A stretch of 64,000 nt of DNA from Candidatus Zambryskiibacteriota bacterium (lineage in GTDB: Bacteria; Patescibacteriota; Minisyncoccia; Phycocordibacterales; WO2-35-19), in contig CAWJAC010000004.1 of the NCBI GenBank assembly GCA_963840745.1, positions 4,027 through 68,026 of the forward strand. Direction: 5' to 3'. The position numbers and the translations under genes are program-made. Below, one piece after another: positions 9,140 through 17,457 of this stretch. The notes under the pieces were generated by a model. The model was not told where the DNA came from. It searched no databases and saw only the letters and a program-made list of their open reading frames with translations. Every line of letters starts with the position of its first letter. The first letter of the stretch is position 1.

Positions 9140-10012
9140 ATGAGATCCACTAAGTTAAGACTAATTATACTCTCTCTTTTGTTACTTGGTGCCACACTTT
9201 CTATTTATGCCGCTTGGCGAGAAGAAAGAAACGGCATTTTGACTGTGGCTTTTTTGGATGTTGGCCAGGGCGATGCCATATATATTGAAGCGCCGAGCGG
9301 CAACCAGATGCTTATTGATGCCGGTCCAGGTAAAGCAGTATTACGGGAGCTGTCAAAAGTAATGCCTTTTTATGATCGCTCTATCGATGTGGTCATTGCC
9401 ACTCATGCCGACCAGGATCATGTCGGCGGCTTGCCTGATGTTTTAAAAAAATACAAAGTAAATATTTTTATGGAACCCGGAGTTCCAGGTGAATCTTCCT
9501 CGTATAAAGAAGTTGAAAAAATTGTTGCTAGCTCTAACTCGTCCGGGGGTGGGGCGGGGATTAAAAAAATATTGGCAAGAAGAGGTATGAACGTTGATTT
9601 GGGGGACGGGACTATTTTACAAATTCTTTTTCCTGTCATAGATTCACCAAGCACTGATACAAACATGTCGTCTATCGTGGCAAAGTTGGTTTATGGAGAA
9701 AACGAATTTATGCTGACTGGTGACGCGCCGCAAGCCGTTGAAAATTATCTTGTTGATACAGAAGGGACCCTTCTGCAAAGCGATGTACTCAAAGCCGGTC
9801 ATCATGGTTCCAAAACCTCAACCAGCCAAGTCTTTGTTTCAGCCGTCTCTCCGCAATATGCTGTCATATCAGTTGGTAAAGACAATAAATACGGTCATCC
9901 AAATCAAGAAACTCTAGACACTCTCAGGAACTTCGGCGCCAAAATCCTGCGCACCGACCAGCTCGGAGACATTGTTTTCAAAAGTGATGGGGTGAATTTG
10001 AAAAAAGAATAA
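9140..10012 (+). CDS. ComEC-type metallo-beta-lactamase domain protein with its own N-terminal membrane anchor
   Basis: N-terminal TM/signal (LRLIILSLLLLGATLSIYAAW). MBL motifs FLDVGQGDA, HADQDHVGG, KAGHHGS, as in the C-terminal domain of full-length ComEC. Confidence 0.8.
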   Translation: MRSTKLRLIILSLLLLGATLSIYAAWREERNGILTVAFLDVGQGDAIYIEAPSGNQMLIDAGPGKAVLRELSKVMPFYDRSIDVVIATHADQDHVGGLPDVLKKYKVNIFMEPGVPGESSSYKEVEKIVASSNSSGGGAGIKKILARRGMNVDLGDGTILQILFPVIDSPSTDTNMSSIVAKLVYGENEFMLTGDAPQAVENYLVDTEGTLLQSDVLKAGHHGSKTSTSQVFVSAVSPQYAVISVGKDNKYGHPNQETLDTLRNFGAKILRTDQLGDIVFKSDGVNLKKE

Positions 10013-10080
10013 AAAACAAAAAACCTAAAATAATTTTCTTGCAAGACGAGCCTCAGAAAATTATTTTTTGATTTTGTTTT
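10013..10080. terminator. long A/T-rich hairpin, bidirectional terminator between convergent genes
   Basis: aaaaacaaaaaacctaaaataattttct-[tgcaagacgagcctc]-agaaaattattttttgattttgttttt fills the gap between the MBL gene stop and the rpmB stop exactly. Confidence 0.6.
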
Positions 10081-10323
10081 TTAGAAAATTCCAGCTTCTT
10101 TTAAAGTGGCGTAGGCGCCGTTTTTTTGAATGGTTTTGATGGCTTTGGTCGAGAGGGTCAGGATGAAAGATTTGTTGAGTTCGGGAACGAAAATTTTCTT
10201 TTTATGCAAATTTGCAAATTTCCTTGTGCTGCCGCAAGGATTAAATTGGGTGGCGCGAGTCCTGTTTGAATAGGAACCGCCCATCTGCGATGATTTTCCT
10301 GTTATTGCGCATTCTTTTGCCAT
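10081..10323 (-). CDS. rpmB: 50S ribosomal protein L28
   Basis: MAKECAITGKSSQMGGSYSNRTRATQ... aligns by eye with L28 ([21 protein letters not shown]...). Confidence 0.9.
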   Translation of the reverse strand: MAKECAITGKSSQMGGSYSNRTRATQFNPCGSTRKFANLHKKKIFVPELNKSFILTLSTKAIKTIQKNGAYATLKEAGIF

Positions 10324-10396
10324 AATTCAAACATACTAACAGATAATTCAATCTTTGCAAGCAGTTTATGAATTTGGTTGTATAAAATGATATAAT

Positions 10397-11014
10397 ATGG
10401 TCATGGATTTTATCTTTGTAGTCATCATTTTAATAATGTCGGTAGTCATACACGAAGTCTCGCATGGCTATGCCGCTTTGGCACTGGGCGATCCGACAGC
10501 CAAGTATCAAGGCCGACTTACTTTAAATCCGATTTCTCACCTTGATCCCATCGGCTCTTTCCTGGTGCCTTTAATAGGTTATTTTGCTGGCGGTTTTATT
10601 ATAGGCTGGGCCAAACCGGTACCTTTCAATCCTTACAATTTAAGAAACCAAAGGTGGGGCGAAGCCATTGTTGCCATCGCCGGTCCTTTATCAAACATTT
10701 CTTTGGCAGTCATATTTGGAGTTATTATCAGATTCGCATCTGGATATGGAATTTCGAACCAATCTTTTTTGAGTTTGGCCGGTTATGTGGTTCTTATAAA
10801 TATCACTTTGGCTATATTTAATCTCATACCCATTCCGCCGCTTGACGGCTCTAAGATACTTTTCGCCTTTTTGCCTTACCGATGGCAACGCGTACGCGAA
10901 TATTTTGAAAAATACGGCCTCATTCTCGTTTTTATATTCATATTCTTTCTTTGGCAAGTAATGAGTCCCGTTGTCAGTTTCCTTTTCACTTGGCTTACCG
11001 GACTTCCAATTTAA
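10397..11014 (+). CDS. site-2 protease family (M50) zinc metalloprotease
   Basis: HEVSHG (HExxH) inside the first TM helix, multiple TM segments, and an LNLIPIPPLDG motif. TATAAT at 10391-10396 suggests a leaderless start at the second ATG (10403). Confidence 0.8.
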   Translation: MVMDFIFVVIILIMSVVIHEVSHGYAALALGDPTAKYQGRLTLNPISHLDPIGSFLVPLIGYFAGGFIIGWAKPVPFNPYNLRNQRWGEAIVAIAGPLSNISLAVIFGVIIRFASGYGISNQSFLSLAGYVVLINITLAIFNLIPIPPLDGSKILFAFLPYRWQRVREYFEKYGLILVFIFIFFLWQVMSPVVSFLFTWLTGLPI

Positions 11015-11017
11015 ATA

Positions 11018-12322
11018 TTGATATATATGCAAAGTATTGGAACTTTAGTAAAACACGCCCTTATAACTTCACTGACCTTTATTATTTTGTATATTTTAAT
11101 TCACCTTTCTTTTAACTTAGAGCAAAGTATGCTCCCAAGTGAATTAAACCTGTTTTTAATTGATATTCTATTGATTATTTCTAGCGTTCTAGTGTCATAT
11201 ATTTTTTATCTGCTTTTGTCATCAAAAACCAGAGCAGAATTTATAGCTGGAAGAATAACGCGATCGCTATATGCGTCACTGGGACAATTGGAGAGTATTT
11301 ATGAAGAAGCCCCGGTGCCTTATCTTACACTTGATAACAAAGGCAATATATTGGATCCAAACAAAGCAGCCCTGCGATTTTTTGGTGTTGTCTCTGAAGA
11401 AATAACTGGTAAAAATATTTTTTACTATCAACCCAAAGAAGATCTTGAAAAGGCGGAGAAATTTATGCAATATTATAAATCAAATATACCTATAAATAGA
11501 GAAGAAGTGAGAATGATAACCAAAAATGGCAAGACAAAATGGGTTTTGCTCTCCATATTTAAAATGGAAGGTCCAATAAAAAACGGACGATCCGGGTTGG
11601 CCACTATTTTTGATATAACGGAGCAGAAAGAGTTGGATAAAGCAAAAACTGAGTTTGTATCATTAGCTTCGCATCAACTGCGGACTCCGTCAGCAACCAT
11701 CAAATGGTATATGGACACGTTGCTTTCCGGAGAAATAGGAGAACTTTCTCCTAAACAAAAAGATTATTTAACCAGGGTACACAAAGTGAACGAGGGAATG
11801 ATTGATCTTATAGAAACCCTGCTCAATGTCTCAAGAATTGAAATTGGCTCTATTAAACCGGAATCAAAGCCGACTAATGTTATTGAACTCTGCGAGAGCG
11901 TACTTATAGAACTTTCTTATCAAATTGAAGAAAAAAAGATCAATATCGTGAAGCAATACAATGACAATCTGAAAGATATTGAAAGTGATCCAAAATTCTT
12001 GCGGATTGTGATACAAAATCTGGTTTCTAACGCGGTAAAATATACGCCAGATGGAGGCACTATTATTATCACTTTCAAGGAATCTTCTGGAGAAAAAGCT
12101 ATAATTGTTTCTGATACGGGAGTTGGTATTCCGGAAGGAGAGCAAGATAAAATCTTCACAAAATTGTTCCGAGCGGACAATGTTCGCAGTCTGGTTGGCA
12201 GCCAGGGTACCGGTCTTGGCTTATATTTGGTAAAATCAATAATGGAAGCCATGGGTGGAAGCATAAGCTTTGTGTCAGAAGAGAATAAGGGCAGCACTTT
12301 TACCATAAATTTTAAAAGTTAA
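11018..12322 (+). CDS. sensor histidine kinase (2 TM + PAS + HisKA + HATPase)
   Basis: H-box SLASHQLRTPSATI. N and G boxes (NLVSNAVKYTP, DTGVGIP, GTGLGLYLV). PAS-like segment LTLDNKGNILDPNKAALRFFG. Confidence 0.85.
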   Translation: MIYMQSIGTLVKHALITSLTFIILYILIHLSFNLEQSMLPSELNLFLIDILLIISSVLVSYIFYLLLSSKTRAEFIAGRITRSLYASLGQLESIYEEAPVPYLTLDNKGNILDPNKAALRFFGVVSEEITGKNIFYYQPKEDLEKAEKFMQYYKSNIPINREEVRMITKNGKTKWVLLSIFKMEGPIKNGRSGLATIFDITEQKELDKAKTEFVSLASHQLRTPSATIKWYMDTLLSGEIGELSPKQKDYLTRVHKVNEGMIDLIETLLNVSRIEIGSIKPESKPTNVIELCESVLIELSYQIEEKKINIVKQYNDNLKDIESDPKFLRIVIQNLVSNAVKYTPDGGTIIITFKESSGEKAIIVSDTGVGIPEGEQDKIFTKLFRADNVRSLVGSQGTGLGLYLVKSIMEAMGGSISFVSEENKGSTFTINFKS

Positions 12323-12336
12323 CAATAAAAATAAAT

Positions 12337-12723
12337 ATGTCAGACGAAAATAAAAAAAAGGTTCTGGTGGTGGATGATGATGAAAATCTAAGATTGGCAC
12401 TAACAGACAAGTTAAAAATTGAAGGATTTGAAGTTTCGGAAGCTAAGAACGGCCAGGAGGGTTTAGATAAGGCGCTTGAGATACAGCCTGATATCATATT
12501 GCTTGATATTATGATGCCCGTAATGAGCGGATGGGAAATGCTTAGCAAACTGAGAAAAGATAAGTGGGGTGAAAAAGCCAAAGTTATCATGCTTACCGCC
12601 GTTTCAGATTCTGGGTCCGTCGCACGGCTGATGCAAGATGGTGGTGCTGGTTTTCTTGTTAAAACAGAACAAAGTATGGACAGCATAGTTGAAAAAGTGA
12701 AAGATATGCTGGAAATGAAATAA
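12337..12723 (+). CDS. response regulator, receiver domain only (CheY-like)
   Basis: VLVVDDDE..., phospho-acceptor context DIILLDIMMP, conserved T and K positions. 128 aa with no output domain. Confidence 0.85.
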   Translation: MSDENKKKVLVVDDDENLRLALTDKLKIEGFEVSEAKNGQEGLDKALEIQPDIILLDIMMPVMSGWEMLSKLRKDKWGEKAKVIMLTAVSDSGSVARLMQDGGAGFLVKTEQSMDSIVEKVKDMLEMK

Positions 12724-12814
12724 ATACGAGGTTGCATTTTTACTGGCTTTATATTAGATTAGTACTTGTCCGCTCAGGCGGATTTTGAATGTTTAAACAC
12801 TGAGTAAAACGAAC

Positions 12815-13231
12815 GTGCCTACAATAAATCAATTAAAAAGAAAAAAGAGAAAAATACTCCGCTCCAAATCAAAAGCGGTGGCTTTGGCGCGCGGTTTTAA
12901 TGCAATTAAAAATAGGCCGGTATATTATCCTTCTCCTTTTAAACGTGGTGTTTGCACCAAAGTGACCACCAAAACTCCTAGGAAACCAAACTCAGCTATC
13001 CGCAAAATTGCCAGAGTCCGCCTGACCAACGGTATGGAAGTGACCGCTTATATCCCCGGTATCGGACACAATTTGCAAGAACACAGCGTGGTCATGCTTC
13101 GCGGCGGCAGAGTCAAAGACATTGGAGTGCGCTATACCATAGTGAGAGGCAGATTGGATGCTGGTGGGGTAGAAAAGAGAAGAACTTCCAGATCAAGTTA
13201 TGGAGTTAAAAGACCAAAAGATAATAAATAA
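12815..13231 (+). CDS. rpsL: 30S ribosomal protein S12
   Basis: GTG start. PTINQL..., [22 protein letters not shown]. Confidence 0.95.
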   Translation: MPTINQLKRKKRKILRSKSKAVALARGFNAIKNRPVYYPSPFKRGVCTKVTTKTPRKPNSAIRKIARVRLTNGMEVTAYIPGIGHNLQEHSVVMLRGGRVKDIGVRYTIVRGRLDAGGVEKRRTSRSSYGVKRPKDNK

Positions 13232-13234
13232 AGT

Positions 13235-13705
13235 ATGAGAGGAAAAGTAAAAAACAGAAATATCGCCAAACCGGACATCATATTCAATTCTCAAAAGGTG
13301 GAGAAGTTTATAAATTATGTGATGCAGGAAGGCAAGAAAAATACTGCTCGAAAAATCGTTTACACCGCTTTTGATTTAATAAAAGATAAGCTCAAGGTAG
13401 AAAACCCAATGGAAATTTTTGACACAGCCCTAAGAAATGCCGGACCAACCATGGAGGTGCGCTCACGCCGGGTGGGGGGCGCCAACTATCAAGTGCCGAG
13501 GGAAGTGCGACCGGAGAGAAAAGTCTATCTTTCAATGAAATGGATTATTGACGCGGCCAAAGCCAAAAAAGGCAAACCGATGGCTGAAAAACTTTCGGAA
13601 GAAATCATAATGGCCAGCAAAAACGAAGGCGACGCCGTGAAGAAACGTGAAAACGTCCACAAAATGGCCGAAGCCAACAAAGCCTTCGCCCATTTCGCGT
13701 GGTAG
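13235..13705 (+). CDS. rpsG: 30S ribosomal protein S7
   Basis: Follows rps[17 protein letters not shown] and ...[10 protein letters not shown] terminus typical of S7. Confidence 0.95.
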   Translation: MRGKVKNRNIAKPDIIFNSQKVEKFINYVMQEGKKNTARKIVYTAFDLIKDKLKVENPMEIFDTALRNAGPTMEVRSRRVGGANYQVPREVRPERKVYLSMKWIIDAAKAKKGKPMAEKLSEEIIMASKNEGDAVKKRENVHKMAEANKAFAHFAW

Positions 13706-13707
13706 TT

Positions 13708-13811
13708 TTGCAAAATTTTCTCTATTAGTGTATATTTTTAATGTTCCTTACGGAACTTTTTATTTATTTTATTCGTAGCAATTCGTTAACTTATTCGTTA
13801 CTTCGTATATT
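13708..13811 (+). promoter_or_regulatory. fusA promoter and leader (TTGCAA-17-TATATT; mini hairpin + U-run; tandem TTATTCGT repeats abutting ATG)
   Basis: -35 at 13708-13713 and -10 at 13731-13736. Hairpin gttcc-ttac-ggaac at 13743-13756 plus ttttt. ttcgt recurs four times in 13768-13811. The last 23 nt nearly match the nusA leader. Confidence 0.5.
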
Positions 13812-15965
13812 ATGGAAAGAGATTATCCTTTAGAGAGAGTTAGAAATTTCGGCATCATAGCCCATATTGACGCAGGCAAAACGACGACGTCCGAGCGCAT
13901 TTTGTATTACACCGGCAGCCAGCACAAAATAGGCGAAGTGCATGAGGGAGACACTACAACCGACTGGATGGAACAGGAAAGAGAGCGAGGTATCACTATC
14001 ACTGCTGCGGCTATTACTTGCTTTTGGGCACCAACTTATTTGAATAAGGAAGAGAGAAAGAAAAAAGAAAACAAAATTCGTTTTAATATTATTGATACCC
14101 CAGGACACATTGATTTTACTGTTGAAGTTAAAAGATCGATGAGAGTGCTTGACGGAGCAGTTATTGTTTTTGATGGAGTGGCTGGAGTGGAACCTCAAAG
14201 CGAAACAAACTGGCGATATGCCGAAGAAGCAGCAGTGCCTCGGCTTTGCTTTATAAACAAACTTGACCGAACCGGTGCCAATTTTGAAAAATCATATCAG
14301 TCAATTTTAAATCGTCTTTCAAAAAAGGCGGTACGCATGCAAATACCTATAGGAGAAGAAGACAAGCACGAAGGAGAAATCGATTTGCTTACAATGAAGG
14401 CCTACAAATTTGAAGGCCATCTCGGCGAGGATGTGATTGAATCTGAAATTCCTGAAAATTTAAAAGCTGATGCCGAAAAATATAGAGCCGAGTTGGTGGA
14501 GAGAATTGTAGAAAACGATGATGCTGTGATGGAAAAATTCCTTGGCGGCGGAGAAATACTGGTTCCAGAACTCAAGAAAATTTTGCGTAAGGCTGTGATT
14601 GCCAATAAAGTTTTCCCTGTTTTTTGCGGTTCCGCTTTGAAAAATAAAGGCGTGCAGCTTGTACTTAATGCGGTGGTTGATTATTTGCCTTCGCCCCTTG
14701 ATATGCCGGCCATTAAAGGCATTGATCCGAGAAATGGGGAGGAAATAGAAAGACATCCGAAAGATGAGGAACCATTTTCCGCTCTGGCTTTCAAACTCCA
14801 AGCCGATCCATTCGTTGGCCAGCTGACATTCTTCAGAGTTTATTCGGGAACTATTGAATCGGGTTCTTATATTTACAATGCCTCAACCGGAGACAAAGAA
14901 AGACTGGGCCGTATCGTACGGCTACAAGCAGACAAAAGAGAAGAGGTTAAAAAAGTTTTTGCCGGAGAAATTGCCGCTGCTGTCGGTCTAAAAACCGCTA
15001 AAACCTCTCATACTTTTTGCGATGAAAACAATCCCATTATTTTGGAAACTATCATCTTTCCCGAGCCGGTCATTTCTCTGCGCATTGAACCAAAAACAAA
15101 GGGCGACCAGGAGAGAATGGGCATGGCGCTCCACCGACTCTCTGACGAGGACCCGACATTTAAAGTCAAAGCCGATTCCGAAACCGGCGAGACAGTTATT
15201 TCAGGCATGGGTGAACTCCATTTGGATATTATCGTAGACCGGATGAAGAGAGAATTCAATGTTGAAGCCAATGTCGGTGCGCCGCAGGTCGCTTACAAAG
15301 AAACTATCACCGGCACGGCCGAAGCGGAAACCAAATATATAAAACAAACCGGAGGCAAAGGCCAGTACGGCCACGTTAAACTTAATCTAAAACCTTTGGA
15401 ACCGGAAGTTAAAAACAAAAAGAAGCAAAAAAATATTCATCGTGAAGAAGGATTTGAATTCATTGATTCCATCAAAGGCGGTGTTATCCCCGCTGAATTT
15501 ATTCCAGCTGTTGAAAAAGGTGTCAAAGAAGCGATGGAACGAGGCATTGTCGCCGGTTATAAAATGGTCAATGTCTCCTGCGAGCTTACCTTCGGTTCTT
15601 ATCATGATGTTGACTCTTCAGAAATTGCCTACAAAATCGCCGCCTCTCAAGCCTTCCAAGAAGCAGCCAAAAAAGCCAAGCCGGTTATACTTGAGCCTAT
15701 TATGAAAGTGGAAGTAGTGGTGCCGGAGCAGTTTATGGGTGATATTACTGGTAATCTTTCTTCAAAACGAGGCCTTATTGAAGGCATGGATGACAGGGCG
15801 GGACTGAAAGTCGTTAAAGCCAAAGTGCCGCTCTCGGAACTTTTCGGTTATGTCACCACTCTCCGCTCAATGACCGAAGGCCGCGGCTCAGCCAACATTG
15901 AATTTGACCATTACGCTATCGTCCCCGCCAATGTCGCTACATCTATAATTGAGTCGAGGAAATAA
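13812..15965 (+). CDS. fusA: elongation factor G
   Basis: G-domain AHIDAGKTT, DTPGHIDF, NKLD. 717 aa. Downstream of rpsL-rpsG (str operon order). Confidence 0.95.
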   Translation: MERDYPLERVRNFGIIAHIDAGKTTTSERILYYTGSQHKIGEVHEGDTTTDWMEQERERGITITAAAITCFWAPTYLNKEERKKKENKIRFNIIDTPGHIDFTVEVKRSMRVLDGAVIVFDGVAGVEPQSETNWRYAEEAAVPRLCFINKLDRTGANFEKSYQSILNRLSKKAVRMQIPIGEEDKHEGEIDLLTMKAYKFEGHLGEDVIESEIPENLKADAEKYRAELVERIVENDDAVMEKFLGGGEILVPELKKILRKAVIANKVFPVFCGSALKNKGVQLVLNAVVDYLPSPLDMPAIKGIDPRNGEEIERHPKDEEPFSALAFKLQADPFVGQLTFFRVYSGTIESGSYIYNASTGDKERLGRIVRLQADKREEVKKVFAGEIAAAVGLKTAKTSHTFCDENNPIILETIIFPEPVISLRIEPKTKGDQERMGMALHRLSDEDPTFKVKADSETGETVISGMGELHLDIIVDRMKREFNVEANVGAPQVAYKETITGTAEAETKYIKQTGGKGQYGHVKLNLKPLEPEVKNKKKQKNIHREEGFEFIDSIKGGVIPAEFIPAVEKGVKEAMERGIVAGYKMVNVSCELTFGSYHDVDSSEIAYKIAASQAFQEAAKKAKPVILEPIMKVEVVVPEQFMGDITGNLSSKRGLIEGMDDRAGLKVVKAKVPLSELFGYVTTLRSMTEGRGSANIEFDHYAIVPANVATSIIESRK

Positions 15966-15978
15966 TTTATAAAAAGTG

Positions 15979-16014
15979 AAAGCCGTCGAGCACTCTCTGG
16001 TGCTCGGCGGCTTT
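15979..16014. terminator. bidirectional intrinsic terminator (15-bp stem)
   Basis: aaagccgtcgagcac-tctctg-gtgctcggcggcttt lies between the fusA stop (15965) and the stop of the minus-strand ORF (16018). Confidence 0.75.
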
Positions 16015-16017
16015 ATA

Positions 16018-16239
16018 TCAGCTGACGATTCTTTTTTCGCTGACATGAATAAAGGTCACCAGCCCGATTTGAACTTCTGTAATCCAGCCACCACCGTGCT
16101 GGGGACTGTTCTTACAAACCTTGCCTCCCATGCGAGCAAGGAAAGTAACGGTATTTTCGTTGTCGATGTAGACCTTGTCGTCCTCGGGGTTACTGGCTCT
16201 GACATTGTCCACAATCTCAGTTATCATATTCAAGTCCAT
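16018..16239 (-). CDS. hypothetical protein (73 aa, GC-rich orphan)
   Basis: The minus-strand ORF is preceded by AGAGGAA about 8 nt upstream of its ATG and ends at the shared terminator. One sampled 60-nt line has ~57% GC. The overlapping plus-strand ORF 15976-16281 runs through the terminator and lacks a start context. Confidence 0.5.
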   Translation of the reverse strand: MDLNMITEIVDNVRASNPEDDKVYIDNENTVTFLARMGGKVCKNSPQHGGGWITEVQIGLVTFIHVSEKRIVS

Positions 16240-16326
16240 ACGCAGGTTCCTCTGAGAGATAGTATAGTACAGTGTTTTTAAAAAGTCAAATTTAGTAAAA
16301 AATTTTATTTATGTTATATTACTCAA

Positions 16327-17457
16327 ATGACATCTAAAAAGTTTGAAGTTGAGATTGGCGGCGAAAAATTAATAGCCGAATTTAGTGATTTGGCCGAAAA
16401 CGCCCACGGCTCGGTTACGTTGCGTTTAGGGGACACAGTGGTGCTCGCTACCGCGGTTATGTCAAAAGGAGAAAAAGATTTGGAATATTTTCCTCTTTCG
16501 GTTGAATATGAGGAAAGATTTTATGCTTCCGGCCAGATTTTGGGCTCTAGGTTTATGAGAAGAGAAGGTCGGCCGTCGGATGAAGCTATTCTTTCTGGAC
16601 GTATTATTGATAGAACCATAAGGCCTCTTTTTGATAGCAATTTAAGAAACGAAATTCAGGTGGTGATAACGGTGCTTTCTCTTGATAAATATGATCCTGA
16701 TGTTTTGGGTGTTATAGCATCATCGCTGGCTTTGACCACCTCGGAAATTCCTTGGAACGGCCCCGTTTCAGCAGTGCGAATAGGAAAACTTAAAGGTCAG
16801 GAAGAGTTTTTGATTAATCCTTCTTATGAAATTAGAAATCCGTCAGCTGACGGGGGAGATTATGAGTTGGATTTAATAGCTTGCGGTAAAGATGGCACCA
16901 TAAATATGATCGAAGTGGGAGCAAATGAGGTCTCAGAGGAAGTTTTGATGAAAGCTTTGGAAAAAGCCAAGGAGGAATTAAATAAAATTCAAGAATTTCA
17001 AGAAAAAGTGATTAAAGAAATGGCCAAGAAAAAGGTTGAGATTAAAAAGACAGAAGTACCAGAAGATTTACAAAAGGCTTTTAAAACCCAAGTTTTGGTC
17101 AAAATAGAAAGCGTTATGGGCGAGGCCGGCAAGCACAAAATTTATGCACTTGAAGATGCTTGGTTTGAATATTTAAAAGAAAATATGCCTGAAGCGGACC
17201 AAAGAGTCGCCAAGAAACTTTTTCACGAAGCCATTAATGATTTTGTTCATAAAATTTCTATTGAGCAAAATAAACGCATTGACGGCAGAGGTTTTGATGA
17301 ATTGCGGCCGCTTTTTGCCAAAGCGGGCGGTATTTCACCGGTGCTCCACGGCTCAGGCATATTTTATCGCGGCGGCACTCACATCTTTTCGGCTTTGACT
17401 CTTGGGCGCCCCAGGAGATTCTCAAATGATAGATGGTATGGAAACTCATGCCGATAA
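16327..17457 (+). CDS. pnp: polynucleotide phosphorylase, N-terminal part (reading frame changes at ~17404-17407)
   Basis: First RNase PH domain and the start of the second (GRGFDELRPL...IFSALTLG). After ALTLG the ORF runs into nonsense (RPRRFSNDRW...) and stops. Confidence 0.85.
   Translation: MTSKKFEVEIGGEKLIAEFSDLAENAHGSVTLRLGDTVVLATAVMSKGEKDLEYFPLSVEYEERFYASGQILGSRFMRREGRPSDEAILSGRIIDRTIRPLFDSNLRNEIQVVITVLSLDKYDPDVLGVIASSLALTTSEIPWNGPVSAVRIGKLKGQEEFLINPSYEIRNPSADGGDYELDLIACGKDGTINMIEVGANEVSEEVLMKALEKAKEELNKIQEFQEKVIKEMAKKKVEIKKTEVPEDLQKAFKTQVLVKIESVMGEAGKHKIYALEDAWFEYLKENMPEADQRVAKKLFHEAINDFVHKISIEQNKRIDGRGFDELRPLFAKAGGISPVLHGSGIFYRGGTHIFSALTLGRPRRFSNDRWYGNSCR

Noticed and set aside
12312-12737. 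141-aa minus-strand ORF covering the whole response-regulator gene. Similar long antisense ORFs occur at 32944-33522 (opposite rpsE), 40107-40703 (opposite rny), 52000-52533 (opposite rplB), 29681-30173 (opposite recG), 25127-25555 (opposite ftsH) and 59642-60205.
   Set aside because: Each lies entirely within a gene with unmistakable conserved motifs on the other strand. Their translations are low-complexity Ser/Leu/Phe/Ile-rich strings typical of shadow ORFs. No start context or terminator supports them.
15976-16281. 101-aa plus-strand ORF immediately after fusA.
   Set aside because: It starts inside and reads through the 15-bp bidirectional terminator stem and has no plausible start context. 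The overlapping minus-strand ORF has an SD-like element and ends at the terminator. Kept only as the less likely alternative.
17396-17410. An alternative genetic code (UGA sense, as in Gracilibacteria/SR1) as the explanation for the interrupted genes.
   Set aside because: The interruptions are frame changes, not in-frame UGA codons. The conserved protein continues in a different frame each time. TGA terminates well-conserved genes at their expected ends (for example pgk at 4389-4391).
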